Positions 45,001 to 53,408 of a stretch of DNA of 64,000 nt are shown here, in pieces (the stretch's first letter is position 1; every line of letters begins with the position of its first letter). The DNA comes from Rhizobiales bacterium Ga0077548 (GTDB taxonomy: Bacteria; Pseudomonadota; Alphaproteobacteria; Rhizobiales; Xanthobacteraceae), in contig LNEZ01000024.1 of assembly GCA_001464215.1 (NCBI GenBank), forward strand, positions 6,136 through 70,135. Direction: 5' to 3'. A model generated the notes under the pieces. It was not told the origin of the DNA. It worked only from the letters and a program-made list of their open reading frames with translations, and made no database searches. The position numbers were made by a program, and so were the translations under genes.

Positions 45001-45430
45001 CAAGCCAGCCGACCGCAGCGCACGTTTCGACGAAGCGTTGAACAAGAAGGCGCGCCCTGCTGAGCCTCAGGCGGAAGACACCTCGACCGGAATCGAGTCG
45101 CTCGACTCGCTTTCCATCGACATCGCCCGGATGATCGACCATGACGCCGCCGCCGAAGCGTGGGAACGCTTCAAGCGGGGCGAGCGTGGGGTCTTCAACC
45201 GCCGCCTTTATACGAATGCCGGCCAGAAGACCTTCGAGGAAATCCGCAAGAAGTATCGCCGCAATGCGAACTTCCGCGAGACGGTCGACCGCTATATCGA
45301 CGAGTTCGAGAAGTTGCTCGAGCAGGTCTCGCGCGACGAGCGCGGCCAGGCGCTGACCAAGACCTACCTCACCTCGGAAACCGGCAAGGTCTATACGCTG
45401 CTTGCTCATGCAGCAGGCCGCCTCGGCTAA
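42018..45430 (+). pseudogene. large (>1100 aa) membrane-anchored coiled-coil/apolipoprotein-repeat-like protein, interrupted by a 1-nt frameshift near 44028-44031
   Basis: ORFs 41979-44186 and 44030-45430 are colinear parts of one gene. GTG 42018 follows RBS GGAGG. There are two TM helices (VMFALLGSVIWIIGGAAIAA; LPSLAAIFLPPLLFFMTAMLI), then hundreds of residues of degenerate helical repeats. The first frame ends in Arg/Ser/Pro-rich junk after ...ETLRTEVRDV, while the second frame continues LLQAAIDTASSTLGPIEGK.... The shift lies in gacgTTTgttg. Confidence 0.65.
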
Positions 45431-45457
45431 CTGCGAGCAAAAGAAAAAGAAAATGAG

Positions 45458-45487
45458 AAAGCCCGCGATCGTCGCGGGCTTTTTTTG
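45458..45487. terminator. bidirectional rho-independent terminator
   Basis: gaaaGCCCGCGAtcgTCGCGGGCttttttt. Confidence 0.8.
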
Positions 45488-45490
45488 TTG

Positions 45491-45973
45491 TCAAAGATAA
45501 GCAATGAGCCTTCCGAGCGAAGGCACCGACAACCAGATCAGGATCGACAGCAGTGCCTGCGACTTGGCGAGCGTAGTTGCGTGACGCTCCCACGCACCGA
45601 GGTGCGGGTTCCATAGTTTCCGGAACAAGAGCGCATTCGCAATCCCAAGCGCGATCAGCGCGAGCTTGATCCACATCAACTTGTTTTGCGAAAGCGAGAC
45701 CGCGTCAGCAGCAAAAAGCGCAAACCCGCTCGGTATTGCGATCAGAAGTCCTGCGACCGCAAACGGCGTAAGCAACCGCGATGCGCCCTCCACCGAAACT
45801 ATGCGCGCAAATCCGAGCACACGAAAATCTAGCGCGACGATCGAGCCGACGATCAGCCCGACCGCAAGCACATGAAGAATATTGACGAAGGGATAGACGA
45901 AAGCCCCGCCCCTGATTGCCGCGGCGAAGCCTGAGTCCTGTAAGACTTGCGCCCAGTGGGCAGCCTGCATCAA
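45491..45973 (-). CDS. integral membrane protein (4 TM), partner of the DUF6152-like gene
   Basis: 160-aa hydrophobic ORF. Its start overlaps the upstream gene's stop. Confidence 0.6.
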   Translation of the reverse strand: MMQAAHWAQVLQDSGFAAAIRGGAFVYPFVNILHVLAVGLIVGSIVALDFRVLGFARIVSVEGASRLLTPFAVAGLLIAIPSGFALFAADAVSLSQNKLMWIKLALIALGIANALLFRKLWNPHLGAWERHATTLAKSQALLSILIWLSVPSLGRLIAYL

Positions 45974-46317
45974 CGCAGCTCGACCGTCTTGCCGTTCGCA
46001 ATAACCCGCTCGGCGCGGATTTCCGGCGTGCCGTCCTTGCGTGCGTAACCCTCGACCGTGACGGGTTTGCCTACTTCGATGTCCTCGCGCTTAAGGCCAC
46101 GCGCCTCCATGCGCGAGAGTGGAGCGAGCACGATTTCCCACTTCTTGCCGTCGCGGTTCATCACGATCTCGGCGTGCGGATTCTGATATTTCAGGACTAC
46201 CACCGGCCCTTCGACCTTGATGAGTTTCTTGTCGTCGTAGCTGCCCCAGCCGTGATGCGCTGCCGCGATGCCTGCGAGTGCAAAAGCGCCAAGCAGGCCT
46301 AGAATCCATTGCTTCAT
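45970..46317 (-). CDS. secreted DUF6152-like protein
   Basis: Frame of ORF 45970-46332, with ATG 46317. Signal MKQWILGLLGAFALAGIAAA followed by HHGWGSYDDKKLIKVEGPVVVLKYQNPHAEIVM.... Confidence 0.6.
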   Translation of the reverse strand: MKQWILGLLGAFALAGIAAAHHGWGSYDDKKLIKVEGPVVVLKYQNPHAEIVMNRDGKKWEIVLAPLSRMEARGLKREDIEVGKPVTVEGYARKDGTPEIRAERVIANGKTVELR

Positions 46318-46357
46318 GTTCCGGCTCCTCAAGGTAAGAGTCGAAGAAATTGGCGCG

Positions 46358-47005
46358 TCAGATGCGGCGCGAAGTCCACTTCACCATCTGCACGAGCACG
46401 TCGGAGAACGCTTGATCGAGCGCGAGCGTTGCCGCTTCGCCCGAGGTTCCGCCCGCTGCGACGATCGACTTCAACACCGTGCCTGCCGCGATGCGTCCGC
46501 CGCGCTGATAGACGATCTTCACAGAAAGCTCGACCACCGCCTGCGGGCTTTCATAGGCGAGAATTCCGAACTGGCGGATTTCGACCACCAGCAGATAGTC
46601 GGCGCTGACACGATCCTGCGTCTTCGCCACCGCGCGAATGCGCGAAGAGTTCTCGAAGGATTGCACGATCCGCGCCTGCATCAACTTCGGCAGGCGATCG
46701 ACCCACTGCGCGTCCGAAAGATACGCCATCTGTCCCGCGGCCGGCGAGATCACGATCTTTTCGGTGTCTAGGATCTGGAGCGCACTCGGTTGTTCGACGG
46801 CGAGAAGCCCGCGTGCCTGCGGCGGCAGCCTGCCGAAATTGGTGGGTGCGGAAAGATCGAAGGTCGGCGTCGGATTGTTCCCGGTGCCAACGAGGCCGCC
46901 GAGTACGCCGCCGCTGCACGCGCTGACGGAAACAGCCAGCACGAGGCAAAGCGCAGCCCTAGCCGCACCCGCAACTTTCAACTTCAACACGCCACCCAGC
47001 CTCAA
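46358..47005 (-). CDS. ABC-transport auxiliary lipoprotein (PqiC/YmbA-like)
   Basis: 215-aa ORF with lipobox LAVSVSAC, downstream of MlaD-like, MlaF-like and MlaE-like genes. Confidence 0.7.
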   Translation of the reverse strand: MRLGGVLKLKVAGAARAALCLVLAVSVSACSGGVLGGLVGTGNNPTPTFDLSAPTNFGRLPPQARGLLAVEQPSALQILDTEKIVISPAAGQMAYLSDAQWVDRLPKLMQARIVQSFENSSRIRAVAKTQDRVSADYLLVVEIRQFGILAYESPQAVVELSVKIVYQRGGRIAAGTVLKSIVAAGGTSGEAATLALDQAFSDVLVQMVKWTSRRI

Positions 47006-47035
47006 CTTCGAACGCCTTTTCGTGAAAAACTTTTC

Positions 47036-47803
47036 TTATCGATATTGCGGAACGGTTCCGCCGTTATTGAACAGAAACTGCCTCGGATTGCGCTCGATAT
47101 TGCGCACCAGACGGTCGATTTCCCCAACTGCGCGCCGCGCATCGGAAGCCAGCGCCCGGTATTCGTTAAGCGCCGGCCCGGTCTGCTGCGAAACACCGTC
47201 CGCGAGCTTCTTGATCGATTCGGCCGCCGCCTGCACCTCAAGAAGTGTGTCGTTGGAGCGCGTCGCAAGCACACGCGACACCTCGGATAGATCCTTCATG
47301 ATCGACGAGATGCGCTGCTCGTTCATCTCCACGAGCTTGTCGAGGCGCTGCATCAGCTTCGCCGCCGCCTGGAACGCATCGGTGGTCGGTTCCGCCACCA
47401 AACGCGGCGGACGATCGCCCCTCTTGGTTTCCATCAGCATCGAAGCGTTCGGGTCGCCGCCGGTAAGTGCAACCGCTGCGATGCCCGTGAGCCCCTGGTA
47501 CTCGAGCGTCACCTTAGTGTCGGTACGGATCGGCGTGCTTTTGACGACCTCAACGATCGCGACCACTGCGCGCGGTATGTCGGGTACCAGCGCCAGGCTG
47601 CGGACTTCGCCTACCCGGATACCGTTGAAATTGACGGTCGCGCCGCTGCGCAGACCCGCCACCGGGCCGTCGAAATAGATCTCGTACTGCGCCTTGGCCT
47701 CGCCGGTACCGAGGCGCTGGAACCACCAGACGAACGCGAACACGCCGACCACGACGGCCAGCGTAAACACGCCGATCATCACGTAGTTGGCCCGTGTTTC
47801 CAT
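47036..47803 (-). CDS. MlaD/MCE-family substrate-binding protein
   Basis: 255-aa ORF: METRANYVMIGVFTLAVVVGVFAFVWW ... GLRSGATVNFNGIRVGEVRSL. Confidence 0.85.
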   Translation of the reverse strand: METRANYVMIGVFTLAVVVGVFAFVWWFQRLGTGEAKAQYEIYFDGPVAGLRSGATVNFNGIRVGEVRSLALVPDIPRAVVAIVEVVKSTPIRTDTKVTLEYQGLTGIAAVALTGGDPNASMLMETKRGDRPPRLVAEPTTDAFQAAAKLMQRLDKLVEMNEQRISSIMKDLSEVSRVLATRSNDTLLEVQAAAESIKKLADGVSQQTGPALNEYRALASDARRAVGEIDRLVRNIERNPRQFLFNNGGTVPQYR

Positions 47804-47816
47804 CGCGTTCTAACTC

Positions 47817-48641
47817 CTAAGTCTTCTTGCCGTTCAGCCGGCTGGAGGCCCGTTTCCCGTGGAAATAGGCCCTAAGCCATGGATGATCGGATTTTAGCAT
47901 GTCCCCAATGGGGCCTGTCGCAATGATCTTCCCGTCGGCGAGGGCCGCGATCCGGTCGCAAGCGGAATGAAGGCTGTCGAGGTCGTGCGTTACCATGAAT
48001 ACGGTAAGCCCTAAAGTCTGTTGCAGGGCCTTGATCAGGTCGTCGAACTCGCCGGCCGAGATAGGGTCGAGGCCGGATGTCGGCTCGTCGAGGAACACGA
48101 TTTCCGGATCGAGCACGAGCGCGCGGGCGAGTGCGGCGCGCTTGATCATGCCGCCGGAAAGCTGGGACGGATATTTCTCAGCGACAAATGCCGGCAGGCC
48201 GACCATCTCGAGCTTCGCGATTGCGATTTCGTCCATCAGCCGTTCGGACAGATCGAGATACTCGCGCAGCGGAAACTGAATGTTCTGACGAACCGTGAGC
48301 GACGAGAACAGCGCGCCGTGCTGGAAGAGCACGCCCCAGCGGCGCTCGATCGCCTGCCGCTCCTGTTCGCTTAATCTATCGAGATCGCGGCCGAATACTT
48401 CGATCGTTCCCTTCTGCTTTTGCACGAGCCCAATGATGCTTCGTAGAAGCACGGACTTGCCACCGCCGGAAGCGCCGACGAAGCCGAGGATTTCCCCCTT
48501 CTTCACGTCGAGGTCGAGACCCTTCAGCACCGGATGATCGCTAAACGAAACCCAAACGTCGCGGACGCGAATGATCGGATAATTGTCCGGCACCTTCGAG
48601 GGCTTCGGCGTTCGTTCCTGTGCAATTTCTACATTCGCCAT
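47817..48641 (-). CDS. ABC transporter ATP-binding protein (MlaF-like)
   Basis: Frame of ORF 47817-48785. ATG 48641 lies just after the permease stop. Walker A GASGGGKS, signature LSGGMIKR, Walker B IVFLDEP. Confidence 0.9.
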   Translation of the reverse strand: MANVEIAQERTPKPSKVPDNYPIIRVRDVWVSFSDHPVLKGLDLDVKKGEILGFVGASGGGKSVLLRSIIGLVQKQKGTIEVFGRDLDRLSEQERQAIERRWGVLFQHGALFSSLTVRQNIQFPLREYLDLSERLMDEIAIAKLEMVGLPAFVAEKYPSQLSGGMIKRAALARALVLDPEIVFLDEPTSGLDPISAGEFDDLIKALQQTLGLTVFMVTHDLDSLHSACDRIAALADGKIIATGPIGDMLKSDHPWLRAYFHGKRASSRLNGKKT

Positions 48642-48646
48642 CTGCG

Positions 48647-49858
48647 TCACCAATCGATGCTGGCGAAGAAGATTGCGAACGCGCCATCGAGCACAATCAC
48701 GAGGAAGATCGACTTCACTACCGACGCCGTCGTGTGTTCGCCGAGCGACTCCGCACTGCCCTGTACGCGGAAACCTTCGACACAAGCGACGAGGCCGATC
48801 ACCGCGCCCATGAACGGGGCTTTGATCATGCCTACCCAGAAGGTCGAGGACGAAATCGCATCGCGCAGGCGGTCCATGAAAATTTCCGGCGCGAAGCCGC
48901 CATAGAGCCAGGCGATCATCATGCCGCCGAATAGCGCGGACATACTGCCGATGAAGGTCAAAAGCGGCAGCGCAATGATCAGCGCGATCATCCGCGGGAG
49001 GATAAGAATTTCCATCGGGTCGCGGCCCATGACCCGGAGCGCATCGACTTCCTCGCGCATCTTCATCGAGCCGAGTTCGGCGGTGTAAGCACTGCCCGAG
49101 CGGCCAGCGAGCATGATCGAGGTAATCAGCACGCCGACTTCACGCAGCACGAGGACGCCGACCATGTCGACGACATAGGTTTCGGCGCCGAATTTCCGGA
49201 AATGGAAAATGCCCTGCTGCGCGAGGATCGCGCCGATCAGGAACAGGATAAGCACAATAATCGGCACCGAGCGGAAGCCGACCCGGTCCATCTGATGCAC
49301 GATCGAAGTGAAACGGAATGTCCAGGGGCGCACCAGCACGCGGAAGAACGAGACCACCGCGGCACCGAGGAATTGCACGAACTCGCCGGTATCCTTGGCG
49401 AAGCTGACCGCCATCTCGCCGAGTAAACTCAGCGTGCCGACGACCGGGTTCGGGTCGTCGTGCTCCTCAGTATGTTTGCCGGTGTTGGTCTGCTGCACTT
49501 CGTCGAGCAAGATTTTGTAGCGCGGGTTGAGGCCGACGATTTCGGCGCTCGCGCCTTTGTCCTCGAAATCCCGGCGCATACGCTCCAAGAGCCACGCCCC
49601 CGTGGTGTCGAGTTGCTCGATATGACTGACATCAATCGCAATGGACTTCGACTTTGAGCGCTTGCGCTCAAGCTCAGTCACGAGATGCTCGGCCTGACCA
49701 GCAAACGACGAAATCCAGCGGCCGGCCGCCGAAAGCATAAGCTTTCCGGCTTCCTCTTTCTGACTGAGGGAAACGGCCTGCGCTGCCAAAACCAACTCCA
49801 ACCGGCTTACAAACCCTGCCCGCTTTCCGGGCCGTGTCTGGCTGCTATTACTTACCAC
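48647..49858 (-). CDS. MlaE-family ABC permease with N-terminal STAS-like extension
   Basis: 403-aa ORF with an N-terminal soluble region of about 130 aa (..IAIDVSHIEQLDTTGAWLLERMRRDFEDKGASAEIVGL..) followed by the MlaE permease core. GTG start, uncertain. Confidence 0.8.
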   Translation of the reverse strand: MVSNSSQTRPGKRAGFVSRLELVLAAQAVSLSQKEEAGKLMLSAAGRWISSFAGQAEHLVTELERKRSKSKSIAIDVSHIEQLDTTGAWLLERMRRDFEDKGASAEIVGLNPRYKILLDEVQQTNTGKHTEEHDDPNPVVGTLSLLGEMAVSFAKDTGEFVQFLGAAVVSFFRVLVRPWTFRFTSIVHQMDRVGFRSVPIIVLILFLIGAILAQQGIFHFRKFGAETYVVDMVGVLVLREVGVLITSIMLAGRSGSAYTAELGSMKMREEVDALRVMGRDPMEILILPRMIALIIALPLLTFIGSMSALFGGMMIAWLYGGFAPEIFMDRLRDAISSSTFWVGMIKAPFMGAVIGLVACVEGFRVQGSAESLGEHTTASVVKSIFLVIVLDGAFAIFFASIDW

Positions 49859-49912
49859 ACGGCTATCCAGAGGCCTGACGGGCCACCTAAGTTCCGGGAA
49901 AGAGTGACATTT

Positions 49913-50893
49913 ATGCCGCGCCGCCTAGAGTTCCGGGTCGAGAAATGGCCGATTTCCGGGGCCTTCGCGATCAGCCGCGGGGCCAAAACCGAAGCCGCCG
50001 TAATTGTCGTGGAAATTTTGGACGGCCCTGTCACTGGCCGCGGCGAATGCGTGCCCTATGCACGCTATGGCGAGTCGCTGGAAAACGTCAGTTGGGAAAT
50101 AGAAAAGCTCGCACCGGCGATTGCGCAGGGCTTGGACCGCGCGGCGTTGCAGTCGGCAATCGGCGCAGGCGCCGCGCGTAACGCCATCGACTGCGCGTTA
50201 TGGGACCTCGAAGCAAAGCTCACAGGGACAAGTGTTGCAAAGCTCGCGGGTATTGCCGTGCCGTCTCCGGTGACGACTGCCTATACCCTCAGCCTCGACA
50301 CGCCGGAGAAGATGGCGGCTAGCGCGAAGCAATGCGCGCGGCCGGTTCTGAAACTGAAGCTCGGCGCGGACGGCGATCTTGAAAGACTTGCCGCCATTCG
50401 CGAGGCCGCACCCAATGCAGTCCTGATCGCGGACGCAAACGAAGGCTGGAACGCGGCGAACCTGCGCGCGAATCTCGAAGCCTGCACCAAAGCGAACGTC
50501 GTGCTCGTTGAGCAACCACTGCCCGCGAACGACGACGAAGCGTTACGGGAAATTGCGCGGACAGTCCCGATCTGCGCCGACGAAAGTTTTCACGACCGCA
50601 CCAGCTTTGCCGGACTCGACGGCAAATATGACGCCGTGAACATCAAGCTCGATAAGACCGGCGGACTGACTGAAGCGCTGCTCGTAGCAAACGAAGCCGA
50701 AGCGCGTGGCCTCTCGATCATGATCGGCTGCATGGTTTCGACATCGCTTGCGATGGCGCCAGCACTTCTGCTCGCTTCCCGCGCGAAGTTCGTCGATCTC
50801 GACGGTCCCTTGCTGCTCTCGAAAGATCGCGAGCACGGCCTTCGTTACGAAGGCTCCACGGTTTCTCGGCCAGAGCCCGCGCTCTGGGGTTGA
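49913..50893 (+). CDS. dipeptide epimerase (L-Ala-D/L-Glu epimerase-like, enolase superfamily)
   Basis: Frame of ORF 49685-50893, with ATG 49913. Shows KLKLG, IADANEGW, VLVEQPL, ICADES and NIKLDKTGGLTEA motifs. Confidence 0.8.
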   Translation: MPRRLEFRVEKWPISGAFAISRGAKTEAAVIVVEILDGPVTGRGECVPYARYGESLENVSWEIEKLAPAIAQGLDRAALQSAIGAGAARNAIDCALWDLEAKLTGTSVAKLAGIAVPSPVTTAYTLSLDTPEKMAASAKQCARPVLKLKLGADGDLERLAAIREAAPNAVLIADANEGWNAANLRANLEACTKANVVLVEQPLPANDDEALREIARTVPICADESFHDRTSFAGLDGKYDAVNIKLDKTGGLTEALLVANEAEARGLSIMIGCMVSTSLAMAPALLLASRAKFVDLDGPLLLSKDREHGLRYEGSTVSRPEPALWG

Positions 50894-52038
50894 GCCCATG
50901 CCAGCAAAGCAAGCACGCAGCCCAATGCCGCGATCAAGGATGACCCGAAGAAAGCATAGGCCCCGTAGCGTGCGTAAAGCGGTCCGGCCGCGAATGTCGC
51001 AAGCAGCATCGCGATGCTGACAGCGGTCGAGGAAAACGCCTGCGCGCGGCCCTGCGCTCCGCTGCCGCCGCTCTCGCCTGCAATCGCGACCATGCCGAGA
51101 AATGTCGCAGTAAAAGTGAAGGCGTGCATCATCATGAGCGGCACGAGCAATGCCTGCGGCGGGTCGAGCGCGGTCAGCGCAAAACGCAGGATTGAAGAAA
51201 CACCGCCGATCAGAATGAGCCCGATCGGCGAGAAGCGCTTCAGCATCGCCGTCGCAAAATAAAACACTACCACTTCGGCAGCGACGCCCGCGCCCCACAG
51301 GAAGCCGATGAAACTCGACGAGATACCGCTTCCGCGCCAATGCACCGAACCAAAAGTGTAAAGCGCGGCATGGCTTGCCTGCACGCAGGCGGCGGCGAAC
51401 ACGCCGAGCAGAATGCGCGCGTTGATCTTGGGCGGTGCTTTTACTTCTTCCGCCGCGGGATGCTCCAGCCGCGGCAGCATTTGCACCGAGACCGCATAGA
51501 TCACGAGCGTTGCCGCCATGAACCAGACGATGGACGATGGCGGCAGCACTTCGAGCGCAACCCCAAGCGCTACATTCGCGAAAATGAAAGCGACTGAGCC
51601 CCAGAGCCGCGCGCGGCCGTAATCGAAGCCCCGCTCGCGAGATAGCCTCACCGCGAAGGCGTCGGTCAGCGGAAACGACGGACCCGAGAAGATAGTGGCG
51701 ACCGCCACCAGCACAATGATTGAGGCGTTCCCCGGCATGAGCGCCATCAGGATAAAGGCTAGCGCGGCGCCGGTGCCCAGCACGGCCAGAAAGCGCCGGG
51801 GCCGCCCAAGCCGATCCGACAGAATGCCGGCGATGGGGTTTGCAACCAGCCGCACAGCGATCGGCAAACCGATCGCGATGCCTATGGCCTCGGGCGTAAA
51901 GCACATGGCCTCAAGGAATACGGGAAAGAACGGCAGATAGATCCCGGCGGGAATGAACAGTGCCGCATAGACCCCGGCAAGGGTCAGGGAACTATTGGAA
52001 CCGCTTAAAAAGGTGCGGCTGGGCCGGGAATCAGACAA
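50845..52038 (-). CDS. MFS transporter
   Basis: 397-aa ORF with 12 predicted TM segments and the loop motif LSDRLGRPRRFL. It overlaps the epimerase 3' end by about 49 nt (convergent). Confidence 0.8.
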   Translation of the reverse strand: MSDSRPSRTFLSGSNSSLTLAGVYAALFIPAGIYLPFFPVFLEAMCFTPEAIGIAIGLPIAVRLVANPIAGILSDRLGRPRRFLAVLGTGAALAFILMALMPGNASIIVLVAVATIFSGPSFPLTDAFAVRLSRERGFDYGRARLWGSVAFIFANVALGVALEVLPPSSIVWFMAATLVIYAVSVQMLPRLEHPAAEEVKAPPKINARILLGVFAAACVQASHAALYTFGSVHWRGSGISSSFIGFLWGAGVAAEVVVFYFATAMLKRFSPIGLILIGGVSSILRFALTALDPPQALLVPLMMMHAFTFTATFLGMVAIAGESGGSGAQGRAQAFSSTAVSIAMLLATFAAGPLYARYGAYAFFGSSLIAALGCVLALLAWAQPQSAGSGRETVEPS

Positions 52039-52111
52039 TGGTTATCTTTCGTAAGTGATTCATCGTTCATGGTCGAACAAGCCAGCGCCTTCTAGCTGAT
52101 CCGGGCCCGCA

Positions 52112-52948
52112 ATGCCGCTTCCGCCTGCAAGCCAGCCGATTTCAGAGACCGATTACGAAGCGATAGAAGCGGCGGTAAAAGAAACTGCGCGCGGGCGCTG
52201 GTTTCTCGAAGAATACGCGCAGCGCAACCGGCACGCCGACACCAAGCTTGTGCTCGACGCGATCCAGCGCCTCCAGCGCTCGGTGCTGGGCGCGGACGTC
52301 GTCAACGCACCCGCCCCAGCGCCGCAGATTCCGGTCATCCACGAAGAACTGAACGAAATCGAGCTTACCACGGACGCAACGCGCAAGGCGCTCCGCGAGA
52401 TCGACGCCGCCCATCAGCGCGACGGCGATCTCGGCAAGGAACTGGACATGATCGTCGCGGTCTCCGGACAGGCCGTCTCCGGCGTGCTGTCGGATGCCGA
52501 CCGCATCGCTGAAATTTCCTCGACTATGCGCGCGCAGGGTGTGGCCGAAAACATCTGCGACCAGATCGACGGGCTCGCCGAGCACATCAACACCGCCTGC
52601 GCGTTCCAGGATCTCACTGGTCAGCGCACGCAGAAAGTGGTCGCGGCACTTCGCCTGCTGGAGGCGCAGGTGCGTGGCCTCGTGAAACTCTGGCAGGCCG
52701 AAAGCCCGATGCAGGCACCGGCGACGAATGCACTCCTGAGCGGACCTGCACGCGATGGCGAAGGGTTGATGCAAGATCAGGTCGACGAACTGCTTTCGAT
52801 CGACCAGAACCACGACATCTTCTGGGACGAGAAAGCCGCGGCAGCCGCGTCAAACGCTCCGGCAAAGGAAACGGCGCCTTCGAAGACCGCCGCTACTTCT
52901 GCTTTCGAAAAGCTGACGCCCGACGAGCGGCTCGCGCTGTTCTCGTAG
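52112..52948 (+). CDS. CheZ-like CheY-P phosphatase candidate (orphan, divergent)
   Basis: 278-aa ORF containing ACAFQDLTGQRTQKVV. This matches the CheZ catalytic signature FQDLTGQ (the Asp and Gln of E. coli D143/Q147 spacing, D-x3-Q). Confidence 0.6.
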   Translation: MPLPPASQPISETDYEAIEAAVKETARGRWFLEEYAQRNRHADTKLVLDAIQRLQRSVLGADVVNAPAPAPQIPVIHEELNEIELTTDATRKALREIDAAHQRDGDLGKELDMIVAVSGQAVSGVLSDADRIAEISSTMRAQGVAENICDQIDGLAEHINTACAFQDLTGQRTQKVVAALRLLEAQVRGLVKLWQAESPMQAPATNALLSGPARDGEGLMQDQVDELLSIDQNHDIFWDEKAAAAASNAPAKETAPSKTAATSAFEKLTPDERLALFS

Positions 52949-52954
52949 CGCCCG

Positions 52955-53353
52955 CTACCTCCCGGTACCGCTGCAGAATTCCTTCAGGATCCGGCAATCG
53001 GTGCCGCCGTCATTGCGGCAATTGCGCAGCGCACGGCGCGAACGCTCTTCCGCGTCGTAACCGCTGACCCAATTCACGATGATATTCTTCGGGTCTTCGT
53101 TACGCGCGATGGCAACGCAGACGTTCTCAAAAACGCGAACAATCTGGCAGCCTCTGCCGTGTTTTTGGCACTCGGCGATTGCGCGGTCCTGCGCGATGTC
53201 GATTGTACCGAAGCTGGCGGAGTAGCCCCAGGCACCCTGCGGGTTCAACGCAAGCGCGCCGAACGGCGCCTGCGCCTGCGCGCCCGACGACACGCCGAAC
53301 GCGGCGACAAATCCCAATACGAAAAGAAACTGCTTGATACTGAAACGGCTCAT
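52955..53353 (-). CDS. secreted DUF4189-like protein (copy 1)
   Basis: Frame of ORF 52955-53443. ATG 53353 was chosen by analogy with the paralog. Reads MSRFSIKQFLFVLGFVAAFGVSSGAQAQAPFGALALNPQGAWGYSASF...AIAECQKHGRGCQIVRVFENVCVAIA.... Confidence 0.7.
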   Translation of the reverse strand: MSRFSIKQFLFVLGFVAAFGVSSGAQAQAPFGALALNPQGAWGYSASFGTIDIAQDRAIAECQKHGRGCQIVRVFENVCVAIARNEDPKNIIVNWVSGYDAEERSRRALRNCRNDGGTDCRILKEFCSGTGR

Positions 53354-53408
53354 TGCCTTCCCCATAGTAGTGAGTTCGATAAACGGCTCTCTTTTTCTCG
53401 TAAAGCGC

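Noticed and set aside
50543-51904. 453-aa minus-strand ORF in another frame of the MFS transporter gene
   Set aside because: Same strand but an alternative frame, with extreme Arg/Gly/Ala content. The 50845-52038 frame gives 12 TM helices and the MFS loop motif.
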